Part shown: positions 14,501 to 27,700 of the stretch, piece after piece | Layout of the letters: every line of letters begins with the position of its first letter | How positions within the stretch are numbered: position 1 is the stretch's first letter | Assembly: GCF_009914755.1 (NCBI RefSeq) | Contig: NC_060939.1 | Reading direction: 5' to 3' (one strand) | Length of the DNA: 64,000 nt | Source of the DNA: the human T2T-CHM13v2.0 reference genome, Homo sapiens | Translations under genes and position numbers: made by a program | The notes under the pieces: generated by a model | What the model was told of the DNA's origin: nothing | Databases searched by the model: none | Seen by the model: only the letters and a program-made list of their open reading frames with translations

Positions 14501-17500
14501 TGAAGACATTTCCTTTCTCACCTTAGGGCTGAAAGCACTCGAAATATCCACTTCTAGATACTGCAGAGACAGTGATTCAAACCTGCTCTATGAAAGGGAA
14601 TGTTCAACTATGTGACTTGAATGCAAACATCACAAAGCAGTTTCTGAGAATGCTGCTGTCGACTTTCTATTTGTAATCCCCTTTCCAACGAAATCCTCAG
14701 AACTATCGAAATTTCCAATTGCAGATTCCACAAAAAGAGTGTTTCAAAGCGGCTCTGTAAAAAGAAAGGTTCAACTCTGTTAGTTGAATACACGTCAGAA
14801 ACAAGTTTCTGAGAATGCTTCTGTCTAGTTTTTATGGGAAGATATTTCCTTTTTCACCGTAGGCCTCAAAGCGCTCCAAATGTCCACTTCCACATACTAC
14901 AAAAAGAGTGTTTCAATCCTGCTCTAAGATAGGGAATGTTGAAACCTATGAGTTGAATGAAAACATTACAAACATGTTTCTGAGAATGCTTCTGTCCAGA
15001 TTTAATATGTAGATATTCCCGTTTCCAACGAAATCCTCAAAGCTATACAAATATCAACTTGCAGATTCTACAAAAGGAATGTTTCCAAAATGCTGTATCG
15101 AAACAATGGTTCAACTCTGTGAATTGAGGGCATACATCACAAAGAAGATTCTGAGAATGCTTCTGTCTAGATTTTATATGAAAATATTCCCGTTTCAAAG
15201 AAATCCTCAAAGCTATCCAAATGTCCACTTGCAAATGCCACAAAAAGAGTGTTTCCAAACTGCTCTGTGAAATGGAAGGTTCAAATCTGTTAGTTGAGTA
15301 CACACATCACAAAGAGGTTTCTGAGAATGCTGCTGACTAGTTTTTATTTGAAGATATTTCCCTTTTCACCTTAGGACTAAGAGTGCTCGAAATGTCCATT
15401 TCCACATACTGCATAAAGAGTGTTTCAAACCTGCTGTATGAAAGGGAATGTTCAACTCTATGAGTTGAATGCAAACATTACAAAGACGTTTCTGAGAATG
15501 CTTCTGTCTAGATTTTATATGAAGGTATTCCCGTTTCCAACGAAATTTTCAATGCTCTCAAAATATCCACTTGTAGATTCTACAAAAAGAGTGTTTCCAA
15601 ACTGCTGTATCAAAACAAAGGTTCAACTCTGTTAGTTGAAGACACACATCACAAATAAGTTTCTGAGAATTCTTCTGTCTAGTTCTGATTTGAAGACGTT
15701 TCCTTTCTCACCTTAGGCCTGAAAGCGCTCGAAATATCCACTTCCAGATAGTACAGAAATAGTGATTCAAACCTGCTCTATGAAAGGGAATGTTCAACTA
15801 GGTGACTTGAATGCAAACATCACAAAGCAGTTTCTCAGAATGCTGCTGTCTACTTTCTATTTGTAATCCCGTTTCCAACGAAATCCTCAGAACTACGGAA
15901 ATTTTCAATTGCAGATTCCACAAAAAGAGTGTTTCAAAGCTGCCCTGTAAAAAGAAAGGTTCAACTCTGTTAGTTGAATACACACGTCACAAACAAGTTT
16001 CTGAGAATGCTTCTGTCTAGTTTTTATGGGAAGATATTTCCTTTTTCACCGTAGGCCTCAAAGGGCTCCAATTGTCCATTTCCACATACTACAAAAAGAG
16101 TGTTTCAAACCTGCTGTATGAACCGGAATGTGCAACTCTATGAGTTGAATGCAAACATTGCAAAGTAGTTTCTTAGAATGCTTCTGTCTAGAATTTATAT
16201 GAAGGTTTTCCCGCTTCCAACGAAATTTTCAATGCTCTCAAAATATCCACTTGTAGATTCTACAAAAAGAGTGTTTCCAAACTGCTGTATCAAAACAAAG
16301 ATTCAACTCTGTTAGTTGAGGACACACATCACAAATAAGTTTCTGAGAATGCTTCTGTCTAGTTCTTATTTGAAGACATTTCCTTTCTCACCTTAGGCCT
16401 CAAAGCGCTCGAAATATCCACTTCCAGATACTACAGAGACAGTGATTCAAACCTGCTCTATGAAAGGGAATGTTCAACTATGTGACTTGAATGCAGACAT
16501 CACAAAGCAGTTTCTGAGAATGCTGCTGTCTACTTTCTATTTGTAATCCCGTTTCCAACGAAATCCTCAGAACTATCGAAATTTCCAATTGCAGATTCCA
16601 CAAAAAGAGTGTTTCAAAGCTGCTCTGTAAAAAGAAAGGTTCAACTCTGTTAGTTGAATACACGGCAGAAACAAGTTTCTGAGAATGCTTCTGTCTAGTT
16701 TTTATGGGAAGATATTTCCTTTTTCACCGTAGGCCTCAAAGCGCTCCAAATGTCCACTTCCACATACTACAAAAAGAGTGTTTCAAACCTGATCTAAGAT
16801 AGGGAATGTTGAAACGTATGAGTTGAATGAAAACATTAAAAACAGGTTTCTGAGAATGCTTCTGTCTAGATTTTATATGTAGATATTCCCGTTTCCAACG
16901 AAATCCTCAAAGCTATACAAATATCAACTTGCAGATTCTACAAAAGGAATGTTTCCAAAATGCTGTATCCAAACAATGGTTCAACTCTGTGAATTGAGGG
17001 CATACATCACAAGGAAGATTCTGAGAATGCTTCTGTCTAGATTTTATATGAAAATATTCCCGTTTCAAAGAAATCCTCAAAGCTATCCAAATGTCCACTT
17101 GCAAATGCCACAAAAAGAGTGTTTCCAAACTGCTCTGTGAAATGGAAGGTTCAACTCTGTTAGCTGAGTACACACATCACAAAGAGCTTTCTGAGAATGC
17201 TGCTGACTAGTTCTTATTTGAAGATATTTCCCTTTTCAACTTAGGCCTAAGAGTGCTCGAAATGTCCATTTCCACATACTACAAAAAGAGTGTTTCAAAC
17301 CTGCTGTATGAAAGGGAATGTTCAACTCTATGAGATGAATGCAAACATTACAAAGAAGTTTCTGAGAATGCTTCTGTCTAGATTTTATATGAAGGTATTC
17401 CCGTTTCCAACGAAATTTTCAATGCTCTCAAAATATCCACTTGTAGATTCTACAAAAAGAGTGTTTCCAAACTGCTGTATCAAAACAAAGGTTCAACTCT

Positions 17501-20500
17501 GTTAGTTGAAGACACACATCACAAATAAGTTTCTGAGAATTCTTCTGTCTAGTTCTTATTTGAAGACGTTTCCTTTCTCACCTTAGGCCTGAAAGCGCTC
17601 GAAATATCCACTTCCAGATAGTACAGAAATAGTGATTCAAACCTGCTCTATGAAAGGGAATGTTCAACTAGGGGACTTGAATGCAAACATCACAAAGCAG
17701 TTTCTCAGAATGCTGCTGTCTACTTTCTATTTGTAATCCCGTTTCCAATGAAATCCTCAGAACTATCGAAATTTTCAATTGCAGATTCCACAAAAAGAGT
17801 GTTTCAAAGCTGCCCTGTAAAAAGAAAGGTTCAACTCTGTTAGTTGAATACACACGTCACAAACAAGTTTCTGAGAATGCTTCTGTCTAGTTTTTATGGG
17901 AAGATATTTCCTTTTTCACCGTAGGCCTCAAAGGGCTCCAAATGTCCATTTCCACATACTACAAAAAGAGTGTTTCAAACCTGCTGTATGAAACGCAATG
18001 TTCAACTCTATGAGTTGAATGCAAACATTACAAAGTAGTTTCTTAGAATGCTTCTGTCTAGATTTTATATGAAGGTTTTCCCGCTTCCAACGAAATTTTC
18101 AATGCTCTCAAAATATCCACTTGTAGATTCTACAAAAAGAGTGTTTCCAAACTGCTGTGTCAAAACAAAGATTCAACTCTGTTAGTTGAGGACACACATC
18201 ACAAATAAGTTTCTGAGAATGCTTCTGTCTAGTTCTTATTTGAAGACATTTCCTTTCTCACCTTAGGGCTGAAAGCGCTCGAAATATCCACTTCTAGATA
18301 CTGCAGAGACAGTGATTCAAACCTGCTCTATGAAAGGGAATGTTCAACTATGTGACTTGAATGCAAACATCACAAAGCAGTTTCTGAGAATGCTGCTGTC
18401 GACTTTCTATTTGTAATCCCCTTTCCAACGAAATCCTCAGAACTATCGAAATTTCCAATTGCAGATTCCACAAAAAGAGTGTTTCAAAGCGGCTCTGTAA
18501 AAAGAAAGGTTCAACTCTGTTAGTTGAATACACGTCAGAAACAAGTTTCTGAGAATGCTTCTGTCTAGTTTTTAAGGGAAGATATTTCCTTTTTCACCGT
18601 AGGCCTCAAAGCGCTCCAAATGTCCACTTCCACATACTACAAAAAGAGTGTTTCAATCCTGCTCTAAGATAGGGAATGTTGAAACCTATGAGTTGAATGA
18701 AAACATTACAAACATGTTTCTGAGAATGCTTCTGTCCAGATTTTATATGTAGATATTCCCGTTTCCAACGAAATCCTCAAAGCTATACAAATATCAACTT
18801 GCAGATTCTACAAAAGGAATGTTTCCAAAATGCTGTATCGAAACAATGGTTCAACTCTGTGAATTGAGGGCATACATCACAAAGAAGATTCTGAGAATGC
18901 TTCTGTCTAGATTTTATATGAAAATATTCCCGTTTCAAAGAAATCCTCAAAGCTATCCAAATGTCCACTTGCAAATGCCACAAAAAGAGTGTTTCCAAAC
19001 TGCTCTGTGAAATGGAAGGTTCAAATCTGTTAGTTGAGTACACACATCACAAAGAGGTTTCTGAGAATGCTGCTGACTAGTTTTTATTTGAAGATATTTC
19101 CCTTTTCACCTTAGGACTAAGAGTGCTCGAAATGTCCATTTCCACATACTGCAAAAAGAGTGTTTCAAACCTGCTGTATGAAAGGGAATGTTCAACTCTA
19201 TGAGTTGAATGCAAACATTACAAAGACGTTTCTGAGAATGCTTCTGTCTAGATTTTATATGAAGGTATTCCCGTTTCCAACGAAATTTTCAATGCTCTCA
19301 AAATATCCACTTGTAGATTCTACAAAAAGAGTGTTTCCAAACTGCTGTATCAAAACAAAGGTTCAACTCTGTTAGTTGAAGACACACATCACAAATAAGT
19401 TTCTGAGAATTCTTCTGTCTAGTTCTTATTTCAAGACGTTTCCTTTCTCACCTTAGGCCTGAAAGCGCTCGAAATATCCACTTCCAGATAGTACAGAAAT
19501 AGTGATTCAAACCTGCTCTATGAAAGGGAATGTTCAACTAGGTGACTTGAATGCAAACATCACAAAGCAGTTTCTCAGAATGCTGCTGTCTACTTTCTAT
19601 TTGTAATCCCGTTTCCAACGAAATCCTCAGAACTATGGAAATTTTCAATTGCAGATTCCACAAAAAGAGTGTTTCAAAGCTGCCCTGTAAAAAGAAAGGT
19701 TCAACTCTGTTAGTTGAATACAAACGTCACAAACAAGTTTCTGAGAATGCTTCTGTCTAGTTTTTATGGGAAGATATTTCCTTTTTCACCGTAGGCCTCA
19801 AAGGGCTCCAATTGTCCATTTCCACATACTACAAAAAGAGTGTTTCAAACCTGCTGTATGAACCGGAATGTGCAACTCTATGAGTTGAATGCAAACATTA
19901 CAAAGTAGTTTCTTAGAATGCTTCTGTCTAGAATTTATATGAAGGTTTTCCCGCTTCCAACGAAATTTTCAATGCTCTCAAAATATCCACTTGTAGATTC
20001 TACAAAAAGAGTGTTTCCAAACTGCTGTATCAAAACAAAGATTCAACTCTGTTAGTTGAGGACACACATCACAAATGAGTTTCTGAGAATGCTTCTGTCT
20101 AGTTCTTATTTGAAGACATTTCCTTTCTCACCTTAGGCCTGAAAGCGCTCGAAATATCCACTTCTAGATACTGCAGAGACAGTGATTCAAACCTGCTCTA
20201 TGAAAGGGAATGTTCAACTATGTTACTTGAATGCAAACATCACAAAGCAGTTTCTGAGAATGCTGCTGTCGACTTTCTATTTGTAATCCCCTTTCCAACG
20301 AAATCCTCAGAACTATCGAAATTTCCAATTGCAGATTCCACAAAAAGAGTGTTTCAAAGCGGCTCTGTAAAAAGAAAGGTTCAACTCTGTTAGTTGAATA
20401 CACGTCAGAAACAAGTTTCTGAGAATGCTTCTGTCTAGTTTTTATGGGAAGATATTTCCTTTTTCACCGTAGGCCTCAAAGCGCTCCAAATGTCCACTTC

Positions 20501-20939
20501 CACATACTACAAAAAGATTGTTTCAATCCTGCTCTAAGATAGGGAATGTTGAAACCTATGAGTTGAATGAAAACATTACAAACATGTTTCTGAGAATGCT
20601 TCTGTCCAGATTTTATATGTAGATATTCCCGTTTCCAACGAAATCCTCAAAGCTATACAAATATCAACTTGCAGATTCTACAAAAGGAATGTTTCCAAAA
20701 TGCTGTATCGAAACAATGGTTCAACTCTGTGAATTGAGGGCATACATCACAAAGAAGATTCTGAGAATGCTTCTGTCTAGATTTTATATGAAAATATTCC
20801 CGTTTCAAAGAAATCCTCAAAGCTATCCAAATGTCCACTTGCAAATGCCACAAAAAGAGTGTTTCCAAACTGCTCTGTGAAATGGAAGGTTCAACTCTGT
20901 TAGTTGAGTACACACATCACAAAGAGGTTTCTGAGAATG
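8530..20939 (-). repeat. 1870-bp 11-mer HOR block (six 11-mers plus one 1190-bp 7-mer)
   Basis: Recurrent ORF starts at 8620, 10490, 12360, 13550, 15420, 17290, 19160 and 21030 give spacings of 1870, 1870, 1190, 1870, 1870, 1870, 1870. Block-specific markers: AAACAATGGTT, GTGAAATGGAAGG, TCCCGTTTCAAAGAAA and CTAAGATAGGG. Confidence 0.92.
12270..13459 (-). repeat. 7-mer HOR variant (1190 bp = 1870 - 680)
   Basis: Marker spacings 12360->13550 and 12019->13209 are both 1190; one internal 680-bp tetramer is missing. Confidence 0.9.
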
Positions 20940-22645
20940 CTGCTGACTAGTTTTTATTTGAAGATATTTCCCTTTTCACCTTAGGCCTAAGAGTGCTCGA
21001 AATGTCCATTTCCACATACTGCAAAAAGAGTGTTTCAAACCTGCTGTATGAAAGGGAATGTTCAACTCTATGAGTTGAATGCAAACATTACAAAGACGTT
21101 TCTGAGAATATTTCTGTCTAGATTTTATATGAAGGTATTCCCGTTTCCAACGAAATTTTCAATGCTCTCAAAATATCCATTTGTAGATTCTACAAAAAGA
21201 GTGTTTCCAAACTGCTGTATCAAAACAAAGGTTGAACTCTGTGAGTTGAGGACACACATCACAAATAAGTTTCTGAGAATGCTTCTGTCTAGTTTTTATT
21301 TGAAGATGTTTCCTTTTTCACCATAGGCCTGAAAGCGCTCGAAATATCCACTTCCAGATAGTACAGAAAGAGTGTTTCAAACCTGCTCTATGAACGGGAA
21401 TGTTCAGCTCTGTGAGTTGAATGCAAACATCACAAAGCAGGTTCTGAGAATGCTTCCGTCTAGATTTTAAATGAGGATATTCCCGTTTCCAACGAAATCC
21501 TCGAAGCTATCCAAATATCCACTTGCAGATTCCACAAAAAGAGTGTTTCAAAACTGCTCTGTCAAAAGATAGGTTCAACTCTGTTAGTTGAGTACACACA
21601 TGGCAAACAAGATTCCGAGAATGCTTTCGTCTAGTTTTTTTGGGAAGATATTTCCTTCTTCACCATAGGCCTCAAAGCGCTCCAAATATCCATTTCCACA
21701 TGCTATACAAAGAGTGTCTCAAACCTGCTCTATGAATGGGAATGTTCAACTCTATGAGTTGAATGCAAACATCACAAAGAAGTTTCTGAGAATGCTGCTG
21801 TCTAGATTTTATATGAAGGTTTTCCCGCTTCCAACGAAATTTTCAATGCTCTCAAAATATCCTCTTGTAGATTCTACAAAAAGAGTGTTTCCAAACTGCT
21901 GTATCAAAACAAAGGTTCATCTCTGTTAGTTGAGGACACACATCACAAATAAGTTTCTGAGAATGCTTCTGTCTAGTTCTTATTTGAAGACATTTCCTTT
22001 CTCACCTTAGGCCTGAAAGCGCTCGAAATACCCACTTCCAGATACTACAGAAACAGTGATTCAAACCTGCTCTATGAAAGGGAATGTTCAACTATGTGAC
22101 TTGAATGCAAACATCACAAAGCAGTTTCTGAGAATGCTGCTGTCTACTTTCTATTTGTAATCCCGTTTCCAACGAAATCCTCAGAACTATCGAAATTTCC
22201 AATTGCAGATTCCACAGAAACAGGGTTTCAAAGCTGCTCTGTAAAAAGAAAGGTTCAACTCTGTTAGTTGAATACACACGTCACAAACAAGTTTCTGAGA
22301 ATGCTTCTGTCTAGTTTTTATGGGAAGATATTTCCTTTTTCACCGTAGGCCTCAAAGCGCTCCAAATGTCCACTTCCACATACTACAAAAAGAGTGTTTC
22401 AAACCTGCTGTATGAAAGGGAATGTTCAACTCTATGAGTTGAATGCAAACATTACAAAGAAGTTTCTGAGAATGCCTCTGTCTAGATTTTATATGAAGGT
22501 TTTCCCGTTTCCAAGGAAATTTTCAATGCTCTCAAAATATCCACTTGTAGATTCTACAAAAAGAGTGTTTCCAATCTGCTGTGTCAAAAGAAAGGTTCAA
22601 CTCTGTTAGTTGAGGACACACATCACAAAGAGGTTTCTGAGAATG
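20940..22645 (-). repeat. 10-mer HOR variant, copy 1 (1706 bp); its first two monomers are hybrid with the 1870-bp block
   Basis: Spacing 1706. m10 joins directly to m1 (GAGGACACACATCACAAAGAGG at ~22612-22633). Markers ATGCCTCTG, CCAAGGAAA and CCAATCTGC. Confidence 0.88.
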
Positions 22646-24717
22646 CTGCTGACTAGTTTTTATTTGAAGATATTTCCCTTTTCACCTTAGGCCTAAGAGT
22701 GCTCGAAATGTCCATTTCCACATACTCCACAAAGTGTGTTTCAAACGTGCTGTATGAAAGGGAATGTTCAACTCTATGAGTTGAATGCAAACATCACAAA
22801 GAAGATTCTGAGAATGCTTTTGTCTAGATTTTATATGAAGATATTCCCGTGTCCAACGAAATTTTCAAAGGTCTCCAAATACGCATTTGTAGATTCTACA
22901 AAAAGAGTGTTTCCAAACTGCTGTATCAAAACAAAGGTTGAACTCTGTGAGTTGAGGACACACATCACAAATAAGTTTCTGAGAATGCTTCTGTCTAGTT
23001 TTTATTTGAAGATGTTTCCTTTTTCACCATAGGCCTGAAAGCGCTCGAAATGTCCACTTCCAGATAGTACAGAAAGAGTGTTTCAAACCTGCTCTATGAA
23101 CGGGAATGTTCAGCTCTGTGAGTTGAATGCAAACATCACAAAGCAGGTTCTGAGAATGCTTCCGTCTAGATTTTAAATGAGGATATTCCCGTTTCCAACG
23201 AAATCCTCGAAGCTATCCAAATATCCACTTGCAGATTCCACAAAAAGAGTGTTTCAAAACTGCTCTGTCAAAAGATAGGTTCAACTCTGTTAGTTGAGTA
23301 CACACATGGCAAACAAGATTCCGAGAATGCTTTCGTCTAGTTTTTTTGGGAAGATATTTCCTTCTTCACCATAGGCCTCAAAGCGCTCCAAATATCCATT
23401 TCCACATGCTATACAAAGAGTGTCTCAAACCTGCTGTATGAATGGGAATGTTCAACTCTATGAGTTGAATGCAAACATCACAAAGAAGTTTCTGAGAATG
23501 CTGCTGTCTAGATTTTATATGAAGGTTTTCCCGCTTCCAACGAAATTTTCAATGCTCTCAAAATATCCTCTTGTAGATTCTACAAAAAGAGTGTTTCCAA
23601 ACTGCTGTATCAAAACAAAGGTTCATCTCTGTTAGTTGAGGACACACATCACAAATAAGTTTCTGAGAATGCTTCTGTCTAGTTCTTATTTGAAGACATT
23701 TCCTTTCTCACCTTAGGCCTGAAAACGCTCGAAATATCCACTTCCAGATACGACAGAAACTGTGATTCAAACCTGCTCTATGAAAGGGAATGTTCAACTA
23801 GGTGACTTGAATGCAAACATCACAAAGCAGTTTCTGAGAATGCTGCTGTCTACTTTGTATTTGGAATCCCGTTTCCAACGAAATCATCAGAACTATCGAA
23901 ATTTCCAATTGCAGATTCCACAAAAAGCGTGTTTCAAAGCTGCTCTGTAGAAAGAAAGGTTCAACTCTGTTAGTTGAATACACACGTCACAAACAAGTTT
24001 CTGAGAATGCTTCTGTCTAGTTTTTATGGGAAGATATTTCCTTTTTCACCGTAGGCCTCAAAGCGCTCCAAATGTCCACTTCCACATACTACAAAAAGAG
24101 TGTTTCAAACCTGCTGTATGAAAGGGAATGTTCAACTCTATGAGTTGAATGCAAACATTACAAAGAAGTTTCTGAGAATGCTTCTGTCTAGATTTTATAT
24201 GAAGGTTTTCCCGTTTCCAACGAAATTTTCAATGCTCTCAAAATATCCACTTGTAGATTCTACAAAAAGAGTGTTTCCAAACTGCTGTGTCAAAAGAAAG
24301 GTTCAACTCTGTTAGTTGAGGACACACATCACAAATAAGTTTCTGAGAATGCTTCTGTCTAGTTCTTATTTGAAGACATTTCCTTTCTCACCTTAGGCCT
24401 GAAAACGCTCGAAATATCCACTTCCAGATACGACAGAAACAGTGATTCAAACCTGCTCTATGAAAGGGAATGTTCAACTAGGTGACTTGAATGCAAACAT
24501 CACAAAGCAGTTTCTGAGAATGCTGCTGTCTACTTTCTATTTGTAATCCCGTTTCCAACGAAATCCTCAGAACTATCGAAATTTCCAATTGCAGATTCCA
24601 CAAAAAGCGTGTTTCAAAGCTGCTCTGTAAAAAGAAAGGTTCAACTCTGTTAGTTGAATACACACGTCACAAACAAGTTTCTGAGAATGCTTCTGTCTAG
24701 TTTTTATGGGAAGATAT

Positions 24718-24734
24718 TTCCTTTTTCACCGTAG
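24718..24734 (+). promoter_or_regulatory. pJalpha (A-box) motif of A-type monomers (representative)
   Basis: TTCCTTTTTCACCGTAG matches TTCCTTTTYCACCRTAG and occupies the position homologous to the CENP-B box in alternate monomers. Confidence 0.8.
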
Positions 24735-27700
24735 GCCTCAAAGCGCTCCAAATGTCCACTTCCACATACTACAAAAAGAGTGTTTCAAACCTGCTCTATG
24801 ATAGGGAATGTTGAAACCTATGAGTTGAATGCAAGCATTACAAAGAGGTTTCTGAGAATGCTTCTGTCTAGATTTTATATGTAGATATTCCCGTTTCCAA
24901 CGAAATCCTCAAAGCTATCCAAATATCAACTTGCAGATTCTACAAAAGGAATGTTTCCAAAATGCTGTATCCAAACAAAGGTTCAACTCTGTGAATTGAG
25001 GGCATACATCACAAAGAAGATTCTGAGAATGCTTCTGTCTAGATTTTATATGAAAATATTCCCGTTTCCAACGAAATCCTCAAAGCTATCCAAATATCCA
25101 CTTGCAAATGCCACAAAAAGAGTGTTTCCAAACTGCTCTGTGAAAAGGAAGGTTCAACTCTGTTAGTTGAGGACACACATCACAAAGAGGTTTCTGAGAA
25201 TGCTGCTGACTAGTTTTTATTTGAAGATATTTCCCTTTTCACCTTAGGCCTAAGAGTGCTCGAAATGTCCATTTCCACATACTCCACAAAGTGTGTTCCA
25301 AACGTGCTGTCTGAAAGGGAATGTTCAACTCTATGAGTTGAATGCAAACATCACAAAGAAGATTCTGAGAATGCTTTTGTCTAGATTTTATATGAAGATA
25401 TTCCCGTGTCCAACGAAATTTTCAATGGTCTCCAAATATCCATTTGTAGATTCTACAAAAAGAGTGTTTCCAAACTGCTGTATCAAAACAAAGGTTGAAC
25501 TCTGTGAGTTGAGGACACACATCACAAATAAGTTTCTGAGAATGCTTCTGTCTAGTTTTTATTTGAAGATATTTCCTTTTTCACCATAGGCCTGAAAGCG
25601 CTCGAAATGTCCACTTCCAGATAGTACAGAAAGAGTGTTTCAAACCTGCTCTATGAACAGGAATGTTCAGCTCTGTGAGTTGAATGCAAACATCACAAAG
25701 CAGGTTCTGAGAATGCTTCCGTCTAGATTTTATATGAGGATATTCCCGTTTCCAAGGAAATCCTCGAAGCTATCCAAATATCCATTTGCAGATTCCACAA
25801 AAAGAGTGTTTCAAAACTGCTCTATCAAAAGATAGGTTCAACTCTGTTAGTTGAGTACACACATGGCAAACAAGACTGTGAGAATGCTTTCGTCTAGTCT
25901 TTTTGGGAAAATATTCCCTTCTTCACCATAGGCCTCAAAGCGCGCCAAATATCCATTTCCACATAGTATACAAAGAGTGTCTCAAACCTGCTGTATGAAT
26001 GGGAATGTTCAACTCTATGAGTTGAATGCAAACATCACAAAGAAGTTTCTGAGAATGCTGCTGTCTAGATTTTATATGAAGGTTTTCCCGCTTCCAATGA
26101 AATTTTCAATGCTCTCAAAATATCCTCTTGTAGATTCTACAAAAAGAGTGTTTCTAAACTGCTGTGTCAAAACAAAGGTTCATCTCTGTTAGTTGAGGAC
26201 ACACATCACAAATAAGTTTCTGAGAATGCTTCTGTCTAGTTCTTATTTGAAGACATTTCCTTTCTCACCTTAGGCCTGAAAACGCTCGAAATATCCACTT
26301 CCAGATACGACAGAAACAGGGATTCAAACCTGCTCTATGAAAGGGAATGTTCAACTAGGTGACTTGAATGCAAACATCACAAAGCAGTTTCTGAGAATGC
26401 TGCTGTCTACTTTCTATTTGTAATCCCGTTTCCAACGAAATCCTCAGAACTATCAAAATTTCCAATTGCAGATTCCACAAAAAGCGTGTTTCAAAGCTGC
26501 TCTGTAAAAAGAAAGGTTCAACTCTGTTAGTTGAATACACACGTCACAAACACGTTTCTGAGAATGCTTCTGTCTAGTTTTTATGGGAAGATATTTCCTT
26601 TTTCACCGTAGGCCTCAAAGCGCTCCAAATGTGCACTTCCACATACTACAAAAAGAGTGTTTCAAACCTGCTCTATGATAGGGAATGTTGAAACCTATGA
26701 GTTGAATGCAAGCATTACAAAGAGGTTTCTGAGAATGCTTCTGTCTAGATTTTATATGTAGATATTCCCGTTTCCAACGAAATCCTCAAACTATCCAAAT
26801 ATCAACTTGCAGATTCTACAAAAGGAATGTTTCCAAAATGCTGTATCCAAACAAAGGTTCAACTCTGTGAATTGAGGGCATACATCACAAAGAAGATTCT
26901 GAGAATGCTTCTGTCTAGATTTTATATGAAAATATTCCCGTTTCCAACGAAATCCTCAAAGCTATCCAAATATCCACTTGCAAATGCCACAAAAAGAGTG
27001 TTTCCAAACTGCTCTGTGAAAAGGAAGGTTCAACTCTGTTAGTTGAGTACACACATCACAAAGAGGTTTCTGAGAATGCTGCTGACTAGTTTTTATTTGA
27101 AGATATTTCCCTTTTCACCTTAGGCCTAAGAATGCTCGAAATGTCCATTTCCACATACTCCACAAAGTGTGTTCCAAACGTGCTGTATGAAAGGGAATGT
27201 TCAACTCTATGAGTTGAATGCAAACATCACAAAGAAGATTCTGAGAATGCTTTTGTCTAGATTTTATATGAAGGTATTCCCGTGTCCAACGAAATTTTCA
27301 ATGGTCTCCAAATATCCATTTGTAGATTCTACAAAAAGAGTGTTTCCAAACTGCTGTATCAAAACAAAGGTTGAACTCTGTGAGTTGAGGACACACATCA
27401 CAAATAAGTTTCTGAGAATGCTTCTGTCTAGTTTTTATTTGAAGATATTTCCTTTTTCACCATAGGCCTGAAAGTGCTCGAAATGTCCACTTCCAGATAG
27501 TACAGAAAGAGTGTTTCAAACCTGCTCTATGAACAGGAATGTTCAGCTCTGTGAGTTGAATGCAAACATCACAAAGCAGGTTCTGAGAATGCTTCCGTCT
27601 AGATTTTATATGAGGATATTCCCGTTTCCAAGGAAATCCTCGAAGCTATCCAAATATCCATTTGCAGATTCCACAAAAAGAGTGTTTCAAAACTGCTCTG

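Noticed and set aside
8530-20939. Assignment to the chr13/21 11-mer (D13Z1/D21Z1) because of the ~1.87-kb and 7-mer sizes
   Set aside because: The monomers are clearly the same types as in the adjacent 15-mer, and the length is explained as 2557 - 684 - 3. The size match is probably coincidental; an HMM classification would settle it.
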